Source: Gammaproteobacteria bacterium (GTDB lineage: Bacteria > Pseudomonadota > Gammaproteobacteria > Steroidobacterales > Steroidobacteraceae). From it: a stretch of DNA of 48,266 bases. The notes under the pieces were generated by a model that ran no database searches, was not told where the DNA came from, and worked only from the letters and a program-made list of their open reading frames with translations. Shown here one piece after another: positions 27,526 to 38,204 of the stretch (position 1 is the first letter of the stretch; every line of letters starts with the position of its first letter). The stretch spans positions 1 to 48,266 of the forward strand of contig SHZN01000001.1 in the NCBI GenBank assembly GCA_009692245.1, read 5' to 3'. A program made the position numbers and the translations under genes.

Positions 27526-29148
27526 GTGGCGGAACGACTGACCGGCATACAAGTTCACGAAGACGCCGGTTCCGAACAGGCAATCGCAGAATCGCCGACG
27601 GCAAATACGGCATTCGTCGGTCGCTGCCTGCGCGGTCCGGTCAATCGACCTGTCCAGATCACGAGCTTCACCGATTTCCAGCGCATATTCGGCGGACTCT
27701 GGCAGCCCAGTACACTTTCCTACGCTGTCGAGCAGTACTTCTAGAACGGCGGCCGCATCGGATTCGTCGTCCGTGTCGCGAACGGAGCGCGCTGCTGCAC
27801 GCTCACGCTGCCGGCGGGCGGCGGCGTACTGGTGTTGCAGGCGCTGTCGCCAGGAACACGCGAATTCCTGCGCGCTGCGGTCGACTACGACGGCATCGGC
27901 GACAACGAGGAAGACCGCTTCAACCTCGTCCTGCAGCGCGTCCGGACGCCGGGCTCGGAACACATTGAAGACCAGGAAATCTACCGTCGACTGACGGTGC
28001 TGCCGGATGCCGCGCGCCATGTCGCGACGACACTCGCCAACTCCCAGCTCGCGCGGGTTATCGGCGCAGTGCCATCGCTGCGCCCGGACTCGACACCGCG
28101 CGGCGATCCACGCGGGCTCGCCGGTTACGCCATGTCGAACCCGGACGGCGATGACGGCGGCGCGCTGACGGACTACGACCTGATCGGCTCCGCGGCGGAC
28201 GGCACGGGCCTGTTTGCGCTGGACGCCATCGAGACATTCAACTTCCTGTGCATTCCTCCGCTGGCGCGTGACACCGATGTCGGCGCGAGCACTCTGCTGG
28301 TCGCCAATCGCTATTGCCGCAAGCGGCTGGCGTTGCTGTTCGTCGACCCGCCGGTGGCCTGGGATGCGGCGGGCAGGGCGCTCGCGGAGATGCGCAACTG
28401 GGCAATGCCCAGCGACACGGCATGCATGTATTTTCCGAGGTTGCTGGCCTACGACAAGCTGCGTGGACACTTCGAAGCCTTCGCGCCCTGCGGCGCAGTG
28501 GCTGGGGCACTGTCACGGGCAGCGGATTCCATGCCGGTCTGGTCCGCTGCGACCGGCGAGGACACCGCATTGCGTCCAGGCCTGCGGCCGATGTGCGCGG
28601 TCGACGACAACTACCGCGCGCGGCTCGTGGCCTGCGGCGTCAATACCGTGCAGACGGTCCGGCGGCCGGGCCGCGAAGTGCCGATTGCCTGCACGATGGC
28701 TGGTCCGGGCGCCGGAGCGGCGGACTGGCGGATGCTTCCGGCACGCAGACTTGCATTCCTTATCATCAATAGCATCGAGCGCGGCACGCGCTGGATGCTG
28801 TTCGAGCCAAATGAGCCGCCGACCTGGCGGCGTGCCGCGGCGCAGGTGCGGGCATTCCTTGGATCACTCGAGGAACGCGGTGCATTTGCGCATCGCGAGC
28901 CCGGCGATCGCTGGTTTGTGCTTTGCAATGAGCGGGTCAACCGCGAGTCGCATCGCGAACGCGGCATCGTCAACATCCTGTTCGGATTTACGGCCGCGCG
29001 GTCGGGCGAGTTCCACGCCTACATGGTCAGTCATCGCGCCGGCGGCAGCCGCGCGCAGGCCGTGAGCCCCAATCTGACCGGTCTGCCGGGAACCAGCATC
29101 ACGCAAGCGCTTGAGGAACTCGAACTGCCCGCCGTGCGCGGCGCCTGA
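27526..29148 (+). pseudogene. Contractile phage-tail/eCIS-type sheath family gene interrupted by one in-frame TAG (27742-27744)
   Basis: ORFs 27526..27744 and 27832..29148 share a frame, and the frame is also open between them. The joined translation shows TAFVGRCLRGPVNRPVQITSFTDFQRIFGG, YF-TAG-NGGRIGFVVRV, GLFALDAIETFNFLCIPP, LALLFVDPP, MYFPRL and WMLFEPNEP...WFVLCNERVN. GTG start with GGGGGAG upstream. Confidence 0.8.
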
Positions 29149-29149
29149 T

Positions 29150-32100
29150 TCAGGCGCTGCCGTAACCGCCGCCACCCGGCGTTTCGATCACCAGCGCATC
29201 ACCGGTTTTCACCTCGACACTTGCGCACGCGGGTAAATCGCGTGACCCGCCGCCTGCGAGTTCCAGCCGGTTGACTCCGGTCGCGCCAGCACCGCCACCC
29301 GCGAGCCCGAATGGCGCGATGCGCCGGTGATTCGAAAGGATGGCCGCGGTCATGGGCTCGCGGAATTCGATGCGGCGGACGAGGCCGTCACCGCCATGAT
29401 GCCGGCCTGAGCCGCCGGAGCCGCGGCGGTAACAGAATTCGCGGACCAGCACCGGATAGCGCGCTTCCAGCACTTCGGGGTCGGTGAGCCGCGAGTTGGT
29501 CATGTGCGTCTGCGCGCCGGATGCGCCGTCGAAACCGGGCCCTGCGCCGGAACCGCCCGCTATCGTCTCGTAATACTGTCGCTCGGTATCCCCGAATGTC
29601 AGGTTGTTCATGGTTCCCTGAGAAGCAGCCAGCGCGCCGAGTGCTCCATACAAAGTGTCGACGATGCACTGTGACGTTTCGACATTGCCGGCGACAACCG
29701 CGGCGGGCGGCACGGGATTCAGCATCGAGCCCGGTGGGACGCGAATCGAAAGCGGCCGCAGACAGCCTTCGTTGAGCGGGATATCGGCGTCGATCAGCGT
29801 GCGAAACACATACAGCACAGCCGCCGTGCAGACGGCAAGCGGCGCATTGAAATTGCCGGCGCTCTGGGCCGATGTTCCTGCGAAATCAATCACCGCAGCG
29901 CGTGCCGCCCGGTCGATCCTGACCGCCACCTCGATCGCACTGCCGTCGTCGAGTTCGTAGCGGCGATGGCCATCCGAGAGGCGCCCGATCACCTCGCGCA
30001 CGAAAGTATCGGCATTGTCCTGCACGTGACCCATGTAAGACTCGACCTGCTCGCGGCCGTGCAATTCGATCAGCCGCCCGAGCTCGGACATGCCGCGTGA
30101 ATTGGCGGCGAGCTGCGCTTTCAGGTCCGCGACATTCTGGTCCGGGTTGCGCGCCGGCCATTTGCCGGATGCCAGCACGGCCCGCAGTTCACGCTCACGC
30201 AGGCGGCCGCCGTCGATCAGCAGGAAATTGTCGATCAGAACGCCTTCCTCATCGATATGGCGACTGGCCGGCGGCATGGAGCCGGGCGTGATGCCGCCGA
30301 TGTCCGCATGGTGCGCCCGCGAAGCGACAAAGAATGCCGGACGGCAGTCACCTGTGGTGAAGACCGGGCTGACGACGGTGATATCCGGCAGGTGCGTCCC
30401 ACCTGCATAGGGTGCATTCAGCATCCAGGCACGCCCGGCGCGAAGCTCTCCGGAATTGCGCTCGATTACCGCGCGCACGCTCGCGCCCATCGAGCCCAGG
30501 TGCACCGGCATGTGCGGCGCATTCGCTATCAGCGCGCCCTCTGCATTGAACAGGGCGCAGGAAAAGTCCAGTCGCTCGCGGATATTGACGGACACCGCAG
30601 TTGCCCGCAGCACTGCGCCCATCTGCTCCGCGACCTGCATGTAGCGGTGATTGTAAATCTCGAGCAGCGCCGGATCGGGGTGACGCACGGCCGTGCGCTC
30701 GCGAGAAGACACACCATCACGCACGAGCTTCAGTTCTCCGCCCTCGAGCAGGTGCAGGATCCAGCCCGGCTCGACGACAGTCGTGGAGTTCGGTTCGACG
30801 ATCAGTGCCGGTCCGGCGATCGCATCCTCGGCCGAGAGACCCGCGCGATCGATCGCGCGCACTTCCCGCCAACCGTCAAACCATGCACGAATACGGCCAT
30901 CCTGCGGCGGAGCCCTTGTCACAGTCACGCGTGGCATGCCGCGCGCCGCCGCCTCACCGGCCGCTGCTTCGCCCGGGGCCAGGACCTCAGCGCGCAGTGT
31001 TGCCACGATCACGCCATCAAGATCGGGAAGAAATCCGAAGCGCTGGCGGAATTCGGCGCTGAAGCAATCCTGCATCCGCGCCGCGTCATCGAGCGAAATT
31101 CCAATCGCCGTCTCGGTGCCCGGTGCGCGCAACTCGACGATCTGCGACAGCCGGAGCGTCCCGGCGTCTGCACCCTGTGCGATCAGCGAATCGCGCAGCT
31201 CCAGGCACATCGCGTCGAGTTCACGCGCGAGTGCCTCTCGCGAAACGTTTGCCAGTGGCCGCTCCACGCTCTGCCTGCGCTGCAGGCTGCGGTCGGCGAG
31301 TCCGATACCCCAGGCCGATAGCACGCCGGCCAGCGGGTGGATCAGGATTTCGCCAATGCCGAGTGCTTCCGCGACCCGGCAGGCATGCTGCGGGGCGGCG
31401 CCGCCATAGCAGAACAATGCGAATTCTGCCGGATCGTGACCCTGGCGCACCGACACATGACGGATCGCCCGCGCCATGGTCTCGATCGCCACTTCCAGGA
31501 ATCCGGCGGCGAGACTTTCTGCGGAAGCTGGAGCGCCCGTATCCGTCGACACTCGCGCTGCGAGCTCCTCGAAGTGCTGCCGTACGGCGTGTTCGTCGAG
31601 TGGCAGATTTCGACCGGGGCCGAACACCGCCGGGAAAAACTCGGGGCGGATCCTGCCGAGCAACAATTGCAAATCAGTAACGGTGAGCGGGCCACCCTGG
31701 CGATAGCAGGCGGGCCCGGGATTCGCGCCCGCCGATTGCGGCCCGACGCGCAGCCGGCCGCCCTCGAAATGCAGCACGGAGCCGCCGCCGGCGGCGACCG
31801 TGTGGATATTCATCATCGGTGTCTGCAGGCGCACACCGGCGATCGTGGTCTCATAGCGCTGCGGGCAGCCGTTGTCGTAGAGCGCCACATCCGTCGAGGT
31901 TCCGCCCATGTCGAATGCAATGAGCCGTGATCGCCCGAGCGCCCTACCGGCGCGCGCCGTGCCGACCAGGCCGCCGGCGGGGCCGGAGAGCACGGCATTC
32001 GACGCGCGAAACGCCTCCGGTGCGACGAGACCGCCATTGCTCTGCATGAATTGCAATGGCGTGTCGCAAAACCGTGCGCCGAGCCCGTCGCGGAAGCGGC

Positions 32101-32761
32101 GGGCGTAGCGCGCGAGCAGGGGGGTGAGGTAGGCGTCGACCACCGCCGTATCGCCGCGGCTGACGAGACGGATCATCGGCGAGGATTCATGCGAGGCAAC
32201 GACGTCATCGAATCCCGCCTGCCTTGCTAGCGCGGCCGCGCGCTGCTCATGCTTCGTAAACCGGTAACCGTGCATGAACACGATCGCGATGCTGCCGACG
32301 CCCGACCCGTGCAGGCGCCCGAGATCCGCCGCGAGCCGCTGCTCGTCGAGTGGCCGGAGAACTTGACCTTCCGCTGTCAACCGCTCATCGGCCTCGATGA
32401 CATCGCGATAAAGCGGCTGCGGCAGGTCTATCCGCAGCCGGAATAGTTCGGGACGATTCTGGTAACCGATTGCGAGCGCATCGCGAAACCCGGCCGTGAT
32501 GACGAGTGCGGTCGGCACGCCGCGACGCTCCAGCAGCGCGTTGGTTGCGACGGTCGTGCCGATGCGGATGACTTCGATCGCGGGATTGGCACCGCCGTGC
32601 CGCTCAAGCAGTGCCAGGACGCCAGCGACACCCGGATCGCGATCGGCATCCTCCGACAGCCGCTTTTCGACGATCAGCCGGCCGTCGGGTGCGCGCGCGA
32701 TGATGTCGGTGAAAGTGCCGCCGCGGTCGATCCAGAATTGCCAGCCGCGTGATCCACTCAT
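29150..32761 (-). CDS. Fused hydantoinase A/B-type 5-oxoprolinase (ATP-hydrolysing) family protein
   Basis: 1203 aa from ATG 32761 ([22 protein letters not shown]). The N-terminal HyuA-like half ([10 protein letters not shown]) is followed by a HyuB-like half. The start overlaps the upstream patatin gene's stop (ATGA). Confidence 0.85.
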   Translation of the reverse strand: MSGSRGWQFWIDRGGTFTDIIARAPDGRLIVEKRLSEDADRDPGVAGVLALLERHGGANPAIEVIRIGTTVATNALLERRGVPTALVITAGFRDALAIGYQNRPELFRLRIDLPQPLYRDVIEADERLTAEGQVLRPLDEQRLAADLGRLHGSGVGSIAIVFMHGYRFTKHEQRAAALARQAGFDDVVASHESSPMIRLVSRGDTAVVDAYLTPLLARYARRFRDGLGARFCDTPLQFMQSNGGLVAPEAFRASNAVLSGPAGGLVGTARAGRALGRSRLIAFDMGGTSTDVALYDNGCPQRYETTIAGVRLQTPMMNIHTVAAGGGSVLHFEGGRLRVGPQSAGANPGPACYRQGGPLTVTDLQLLLGRIRPEFFPAVFGPGRNLPLDEHAVRQHFEELAARVSTDTGAPASAESLAAGFLEVAIETMARAIRHVSVRQGHDPAEFALFCYGGAAPQHACRVAEALGIGEILIHPLAGVLSAWGIGLADRSLQRRQSVERPLANVSREALARELDAMCLELRDSLIAQGADAGTLRLSQIVELRAPGTETAIGISLDDAARMQDCFSAEFRQRFGFLPDLDGVIVATLRAEVLAPGEAAAGEAAARGMPRVTVTRAPPQDGRIRAWFDGWREVRAIDRAGLSAEDAIAGPALIVEPNSTTVVEPGWILHLLEGGELKLVRDGVSSRERTAVRHPDPALLEIYNHRYMQVAEQMGAVLRATAVSVNIRERLDFSCALFNAEGALIANAPHMPVHLGSMGASVRAVIERNSGELRAGRAWMLNAPYAGGTHLPDITVVSPVFTTGDCRPAFFVASRAHHADIGGITPGSMPPASRHIDEEGVLIDNFLLIDGGRLRERELRAVLASGKWPARNPDQNVADLKAQLAANSRGMSELGRLIELHGREQVESYMGHVQDNADTFVREVIGRLSDGHRRYELDDGSAIEVAVRIDRAARAAVIDFAGTSAQSAGNFNAPLAVCTAAVLYVFRTLIDADIPLNEGCLRPLSIRVPPGSMLNPVPPAAVVAGNVETSQCIVDTLYGALGALAASQGTMNNLTFGDTERQYYETIAGGSGAGPGFDGASGAQTHMTNSRLTDPEVLEARYPVLVREFCYRRGSGGSGRHHGGDGLVRRIEFREPMTAAILSNHRRIAPFGLAGGGAGATGVNRLELAGGGSRDLPACASVEVKTGDALVIETPGGGGYGSA

Positions 32762-34467
32762 GAACGAGACGATTTCAGGGAGTCCAGTGCTCCGCCCTCC
32801 AGCCGCTCGCAGGTGTGGCGGTAGCCGATGTCGATCGCGCGCTCGAAGGACTTCCAGTCCAGCAAATCCAGCGATTCCAGCGGCGGCATCAGCAACAGAT
32901 CGCTCTGGCCGCGACGATCCTGCGTCGCGGTCGTGCTGTTGACCATGCCCGATCGCCACAGGATCTGCAGGATATTGGGACGCTTGCGCCGTCCGTGCTG
33001 GCGGCGGAACAGATTCCAGAATGAAGGCGCCTCCGTCGCATCGATGTCCGACGTGAATGTCGGATCGGTGCCGACATCCACCCCTATGACTGGACCGCGG
33101 CCTTTCGCGCGCATGACATCGACCGGCAGGTTGTTCATCGTGCCACCGTCGACGAACACCTCGCCGCCGTGAAACACGGGTGGCAGTACGCCCGGGATCG
33201 CGACCGATGCGCGCAACCAGCGCCACAGCGGGCCTTCCTGGTGTACGGCAATGCGGCCGCTCGTCAGATTGGATGACACACAAAAAAACGGCAGTGGCAG
33301 GTCCTGGATGTCGATGTCTCCCAGTTCGCGACGCAACAGCTGTCCGACCTTGCGGCCCGACACCAGCGAGACCAGCGGCCAGGTGAAATCCGAGAGCGGA
33401 TTCGTCTCCACGAAACTGCGGCGGAAGCGTTTGAACAGCTCGTCGTTGGTCCAGTCGGCCGCGACACCTGCGGCGAGGATTCCGCCCATGCTCGATCCGC
33501 CCACCAGGTCGATCGGCACACCGTGCTCGCGCAGCGCGCGCACCACGCCCAGGTGAGCGAAGCCGCGCGCACCGCCACCGGAGAGAACCAGTCCAACGGC
33601 ACGATGCGTCATCAGGCGCACGATGCGTGGCATGTCGGCGGGCCCGCGCAGGTGATGGCAGGGTGCACCGGGAAGTGTCTGGCGCCAGCGTGCCGCCGCG
33701 CCATTGACGATGCTGCCCTCGTGTATCAACAGGAGCTCGGCGCGTTGCGCGGCATGGTCGTGTCGGTCGAGTACCTGCCACGGCCCGGCTTCGTCTGCCG
33801 CGCACGCGGCCAGCAGCAGCACATCCGCCTGGCGTACACAAAGTTGGGTCCAGGCCGTGTCACCTGACTCAGCGGCATAGACGACGAAATCATTGCGTGA
33901 TTCGACTTCATGGAACCACTGGCTGCTGTGCCGGCCCGCGCGGGCGCTGCCAACCAGGTCCACGCGCCCCAGCCGGGAGAGTGCCTGGACCAGGCCGCTC
34001 GTGAGCGCCGCGACGTCGATACCCGGGTCGTGCGGGATCACGGTGATCGTGCGCGGCGCGGCCGGGGTTGAACTGCGTGCCGGGGCATTTTCCAGCAGGC
34101 GTTCGACCGACAGGCGCGCGAGCCGCAGGATCGCCTCGGGATGCGAAAGCAGCACGCGCTCGAAGGTGCCTGACGCCAGCCGCGCCAGTTCCGAATCGCG
34201 TAGCGCCCGCACGGTTGCGGCGCGCGGGCGCGCGACGATCAGGCCCATCTCGCCGACCGTCTCGCCGGCCGCGATACGGCCGACGAGTTCGCCACCGGCG
34301 CCGAAGGCACCGAGACAGCCGCTGACCACGAAGTAGACGGAATCGGCCGGTGTGCCGGCCTCGAACAGAAGACTGCCACCGGGCAACGAGAGCCACTCAA
34401 GTTCGGCCACCGCGGCGTCGATGACGGTCTTCGGCAGGCCTGAGAACAATGGCAGCGAGGCCAACAT
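32758..34467 (-). CDS. Cyclic-nucleotide-binding domain + patatin-like phospholipase (NTE-like) protein
   Basis: A cNMP-binding fold (LPLFSGL...LFEAG...YFVVSGCLG...GETVGEMGLI) is followed by patatin motifs: GGGARG oxyanion, GSSMGG nucleophile and DGG catalytic Asp. The start is ATG 34467 or alternatively GTG 34521. Confidence 0.8.
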   Translation of the reverse strand: MLASLPLFSGLPKTVIDAAVAELEWLSLPGGSLLFEAGTPADSVYFVVSGCLGAFGAGGELVGRIAAGETVGEMGLIVARPRAATVRALRDSELARLASGTFERVLLSHPEAILRLARLSVERLLENAPARSSTPAAPRTITVIPHDPGIDVAALTSGLVQALSRLGRVDLVGSARAGRHSSQWFHEVESRNDFVVYAAESGDTAWTQLCVRQADVLLLAACAADEAGPWQVLDRHDHAAQRAELLLIHEGSIVNGAAARWRQTLPGAPCHHLRGPADMPRIVRLMTHRAVGLVLSGGGARGFAHLGVVRALREHGVPIDLVGGSSMGGILAAGVAADWTNDELFKRFRRSFVETNPLSDFTWPLVSLVSGRKVGQLLRRELGDIDIQDLPLPFFCVSSNLTSGRIAVHQEGPLWRWLRASVAIPGVLPPVFHGGEVFVDGGTMNNLPVDVMRAKGRGPVIGVDVGTDPTFTSDIDATEAPSFWNLFRRQHGRRKRPNILQILWRSGMVNSTTATQDRRGQSDLLLMPPLESLDLLDWKSFERAIDIGYRHTCERLEGGALDSLKSSRS

Positions 34468-34562
34468 CGCCCAGGGATTGGCCGTCGGATCGACCTGGGT
34501 CCGTTCGTCCTGCGGTTCCACGTCAGGCGGACGATAGCACGGCGCAGCTACAATCACTGGTG

Positions 34563-34916
34563 ATGGCTGGCACAGATCGCAAGCTGCTGGAGCGCATCTG
34601 GAAGGCGGTTGCGAAGATCCCGCGTGGCCAAGTCGCGAGCTATGGCGGCATCGCCCGGCGCGCGGGTCTGCCGCGCCGCGCACGCTTGGTCGGGCATGCG
34701 CTGAAGGTGGCGCCGGACGGGCTGCGGCTGCCCTGGCATCGTGTCGTCAATGCACGAGGCGCCATCAGCTTTCCGCCGGGTTCGCGGCCGTACCGGTTGC
34801 AGCGTGAGAAGCTCGAGCAGGAGGGCGTCCGGTTTCGCAATGGCCGCGTTGACGTCGCGAATCATGAAATGACGGATGACCTCGACGCGCTGCTGTGGCG
34901 GCCACGCCGGGACTGA
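34563..34916 (+). CDS. atl: Alkyltransferase-like protein (MGMT DNA-binding domain with Trp replacing the acceptor Cys; YbaZ/ATL type)
   Basis: IPRGQVASYGGIARRAGLPRRARLVGHAL...LPWHRVVNARGAISF carries PWHRV in place of PCHRV, as in E. coli YbaZ. Confidence 0.8.
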   Translation: MAGTDRKLLERIWKAVAKIPRGQVASYGGIARRAGLPRRARLVGHALKVAPDGLRLPWHRVVNARGAISFPPGSRPYRLQREKLEQEGVRFRNGRVDVANHEMTDDLDALLWRPRRD

Positions 34917-34949
34917 TACCATCGGTGCGGCAGGGGCCTGGAGCGGATC

Positions 34950-35468
34950 ATGGCGAGTCGTCACGTGGTGTTTTCGCACGGACTTGAGAGCAGCCCGTGG
35001 GGAACAAAGATTTCCGCGATGGCCGAGGTCGCGAAGAGCGAAGGCTGGAATGTCGATTCAGTCGACTATAGCGGCGTCACCGACCCGCGCGACCTGGTCA
35101 CGCGGCTCTTGAGTTTCTGCCGCGACATTCGCGGCGACCTGGTGCTGGTCGGCTCGAGTCTGGGCGGCTATGTCGCAACCAGCGCTTCTGCGCTCCTTCA
35201 TGCGCGCGGCCTGTTCCTGATGGCGCCCGCGTTTTACATGCCGGGCGCCGAGGAGCTGACCGCAAAACCCGCGCCTTGCCCGAAGACCATTGTGCACGGC
35301 TGGCGCGACGAAGTCGTCCCGGTCGGGAACAGCATCAAGTTCGCGCGCGAGCACAACGCGACTCTTCACATCCTCGACTCGGACCATCGCCTGCACAGCG
35401 AACTCTCGCTCGTCAACTACCTCTTCGAGTACTTCCTTGTGGCACTCGATCTGCCAAAGAGGCGCTAG
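34950..35468 (+). CDS. Small alpha/beta-fold hydrolase (YqiA/UPF0227-like esterase)
   Basis: 172 aa with the pattern HG..SSP, the nucleophile elbow GSSLGG and late Asp/His candidates (HGWRDEVVP, DSDHRL). Confidence 0.6.
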   Translation: MASRHVVFSHGLESSPWGTKISAMAEVAKSEGWNVDSVDYSGVTDPRDLVTRLLSFCRDIRGDLVLVGSSLGGYVATSASALLHARGLFLMAPAFYMPGAEELTAKPAPCPKTIVHGWRDEVVPVGNSIKFAREHNATLHILDSDHRLHSELSLVNYLFEYFLVALDLPKRR

Positions 35469-35500
35469 ACTCCATCACTTGTCGACCGGGGAGGGCCGCG

Positions 35501-35731
35501 ATGCGCGCAATCTGGATAGCTGGGACATTTGCGGTGCTCGCAATGGCTGGCTGCGGCAAGAGTGAGCCCGAGCCGGAACAACCGCCGATGAAGGTTGAAG
35601 ACACGGTTTTCGGTGACCTGGTCAGCACGCAGGACAAGGCCCGCGACCAAACCAATGCGGCGGTCGAGGCGCACAAGGCCGCGCTCGATGCGCAGATCCG
35701 CGAGAGCGAAGACCAAAAACCCGAAGAATGA
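35501..35731 (+). CDS. Small acidic lipoprotein (76 aa)
   Basis: ATG is preceded by GGGGAGGG. The signal and lipobox are AVLAMAGC. The stop overlaps the plsB ATG (ATGA). Confidence 0.5.
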   Translation: MRAIWIAGTFAVLAMAGCGKSEPEPEQPPMKVEDTVFGDLVSTQDKARDQTNAAVEAHKAALDAQIRESEDQKPEE

Positions 35732-38190
35732 AGCGCCTGCTTGGGCTCGATCGCACTTTTCTATGGGCGCTGCGCGGCGTCCTGCGCGTATTTGTGCGGG
35801 CCAATGTCGTGCCGAAAGACGCGCTCGTCCGCCTGCATGGCCGCACCCGCCCGCTGCTCTACGTGCTGGAGGAGCGCAGCGTTTCCGACCTGCTGGCGCT
35901 CGAGCAGGCCTGCATGAATGGAGGATTGCGCCGGCCCGCCAAGCGCCTGCAATTGCGCGAGCTGCGCCTGCCGCGCTCGGTAGTCGCCATGGAGCGGCGC
36001 GCCGGCGTGTTGCGCCGCCGCGCTGACCGGCGCACGCCGCCGGAACTCGCGAGCGCGGTCACGGCAGCTGGCATGGACCCCGCGCTCGCACTCGACATTG
36101 TTCCGGTGGCGGTCTATTGGGGCCGCGCGCCGCAGCGCGAGCGGTCCTGGCTGCGCCTGGTCCTGTCGGAGAACTGGGCGCTGGTCGGCCCATTCAGGCG
36201 AATGCTGTCCATCGTCTTCAACGGCCGCAGCACGCTGATCCGGTTTGGCGAGCCGCGCGCGCTTCGGAGTTATTCCGCGTCAGGTACGGACGGTGCGCGC
36301 GGCGCGCGCCGGCTGCTCAAGGAACTGCGCGCCGAGTTCCGGCACATGCGCGCGGACACATTGGGGCCCGACCTGTCGACGCGCCGCGCGATCGTCGCGC
36401 AGGTACTGAGGACGCGCGCCGTGCGCCAGGCGGTACGCCAGGAAATCCGCGATCCGAAGTCTTCCCGCCGCGACGGCCTGCGGGCCGCACGCCGCTACGC
36501 GCTCGAGATCGCCGCCGATTATTCGCACACGTTCGTGCGCGTTGCCGAGCGCGTACTCAATCGAATGCTCACCAGGGTCTACGAGGGCGTCGAAGTCAGG
36601 AATGCCGAGTACCTCGACCGGCTGCCGCCCGCCTGCGAAATTGTCTATGTGCCCTGCCATCGCAGTCACATTGATTACCTGCTGCTGTCCTATGTGATTT
36701 ACCAGCGCGGCTACGCGGTGCCGTATGTCGCCGCCGGCATCAACCTGAACCTGCCGGTGATCGGGCGTTTCCTGCGCAAGGCCGGCGCATTCTTCATACG
36801 GCGCAGCTTCCGCGGCAGCGGGCTCTATCCGATCGTTTTCATGAAATACGTGGACGTCATGATGAATCGCGGCCACGCGTTGGAATTCTTCATTGAGGGC
36901 GGCCGCAGCCGCACCGGCAGGCTGCTGCAGCCGCGCACCGGGATGCTGAGCATGACAGTGCGCAGTTTCCTGCGCGATGCACGGCGGCCGGTCGCCTACG
37001 TGCCGGCCTATTTCGGGTACGAGCGCCTGCTGGAGGGCGAGTCGTACATCGACGAACTGTCGGGACGGCCCAAGCAGCAGGAATCCTGGGGCGGACTGAT
37101 GCGCGTGCTGCCACAGTTGCGCCGGCAGCTTGGCCGCGTGTTCATCAGCTTCGGCGAGCCGCTGCTGCTTGACGGCGTGCTGGACGGGATGAAAGCCGAC
37201 TGGCGCAATGACGTGAAGGACGAGAATGCGCGCCCGGAATGGTTTGGAGCTGCGGTCGATACCATTGCTTTCGAGATCATGCGCAGGATCAATGGCGCCG
37301 CGGCCGTCACCCCGATTAACCTCCTCTCGGTGGCACTGCTGGCGGCGCCGCGCCAGGCGATGATCGAGCACGATCTCGAGAAGCAGCTGCAGTTGTACAT
37401 CGACTTGCTGCGCGCATTTCCATATTCACCGGATGTGTCGGTTGCGGCGGACGACGGCGCCTCGATCATCCGTCGCGTCGAGCAGATGGGCATGTTGGAG
37501 CGGCGCGCGCACCCGCTCGGCGACGTGCTGCGGATGGTTGAGCGAAACGCCGTGCTCGCAACCTATTACCGCAACAATGTCCTGCACCTGTTCGCGCTTC
37601 CGTCCCTGGTCGCCTGCGCCTTCCTGAACAATTCCACGATGCGCCATGAGGATGTCCACCGGCTTGTATGGCGCGTGTACCCGTACATCCGCGCGGAACT
37701 GTTTCTGCGCTGGCGCGAAGACGAGTTGACCGGCGCCGTGGACGGCGTTCTCGCGGCTCTGGCGGAACACGGCCTGCTGGAGCGCGGCGCCGATGGCGCG
37801 TCCTGGCGCCGGCCGACCACTGGCAGCGCCGAAGCGGTGCGCCTCTCGGTCCTTGCGCAGGCGACGATCCAGACCATCGAGCGCTATTACCTTGCCATTG
37901 CATTGCTGTTGCGGGCGGGACGCGCGGTGCTGACGCTGGAGGCGCTGGAGAAGCGTTGCGTCACGATGGCGCAGCGCATGTCCATGCTCTACGGGCTGGC
38001 GGCCCCTGAATTCTTTGACCGGGCGATGTTCCGGGATTTCATCGCACTTCTGTGCCAGCGCGGGGTGATCCTGCTGGATAACGAAGGGCTGCTGACCTAC
38101 GACGACATGCTGTTTGCGGTTGCGGAAGACGCCCGCATCGTGCTGTCAGAACAGATCCGCAACAGCATCCTGCAGGTCACCCACAGTTAG
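35728..38190 (+). CDS. plsB: Glycerol-3-phosphate 1-O-acyltransferase
   Basis: 820 aa with the HX4D acyltransferase motif CHRSHIDYLLL and the FFIRRSF, IEGGRSRTGR and VPAYFGYER blocks, as in PlsB. Confidence 0.9.
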   Translation: MKRLLGLDRTFLWALRGVLRVFVRANVVPKDALVRLHGRTRPLLYVLEERSVSDLLALEQACMNGGLRRPAKRLQLRELRLPRSVVAMERRAGVLRRRADRRTPPELASAVTAAGMDPALALDIVPVAVYWGRAPQRERSWLRLVLSENWALVGPFRRMLSIVFNGRSTLIRFGEPRALRSYSASGTDGARGARRLLKELRAEFRHMRADTLGPDLSTRRAIVAQVLRTRAVRQAVRQEIRDPKSSRRDGLRAARRYALEIAADYSHTFVRVAERVLNRMLTRVYEGVEVRNAEYLDRLPPACEIVYVPCHRSHIDYLLLSYVIYQRGYAVPYVAAGINLNLPVIGRFLRKAGAFFIRRSFRGSGLYPIVFMKYVDVMMNRGHALEFFIEGGRSRTGRLLQPRTGMLSMTVRSFLRDARRPVAYVPAYFGYERLLEGESYIDELSGRPKQQESWGGLMRVLPQLRRQLGRVFISFGEPLLLDGVLDGMKADWRNDVKDENARPEWFGAAVDTIAFEIMRRINGAAAVTPINLLSVALLAAPRQAMIEHDLEKQLQLYIDLLRAFPYSPDVSVAADDGASIIRRVEQMGMLERRAHPLGDVLRMVERNAVLATYYRNNVLHLFALPSLVACAFLNNSTMRHEDVHRLVWRVYPYIRAELFLRWREDELTGAVDGVLAALAEHGLLERGADGASWRRPTTGSAEAVRLSVLAQATIQTIERYYLAIALLLRAGRAVLTLEALEKRCVTMAQRMSMLYGLAAPEFFDRAMFRDFIALLCQRGVILLDNEGLLTYDDMLFAVAEDARIVLSEQIRNSILQVTHS

Positions 38191-38204
38191 GGTCTTGCGG
38201 CCTA

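Noticed and set aside
27430-28470. 346-aa minus-strand ORF opposite the sheath gene
   Set aside because: It is antisense to a frame with clear sheath-family motifs, and no motifs of its own are present.
29141-29157. 17-bp palindrome GCGCCTGA-T-TCAGGCGC containing the stop codons of both convergent genes (sheath and oxoprolinase)
   Set aside because: The arms are only 8 bp, there is no U-tract, and the symmetry largely follows from both proteins ending in Ala-stop with GC-rich codons. This is too weak to call a terminator or binding site. A similar TGATCA junction occurs at 26495-26500.
32762-33841. 360-codon N-terminal extension of the oxoprolinase ORF (track ORF 29150..33841, 1563 aa)
   Set aside because: The extension overlaps the patatin gene in another frame, is Arg/Pro/Ala-rich nonsense, and the homologous N-terminus ([19 protein letters not shown]) begins at ATG 32761 with an ATGA overlap.
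36280-37371. 363-aa minus-strand ORF inside plsB
   Set aside because: It is antisense to PlsB (HX4D motif and full-length colinearity on the sense strand).
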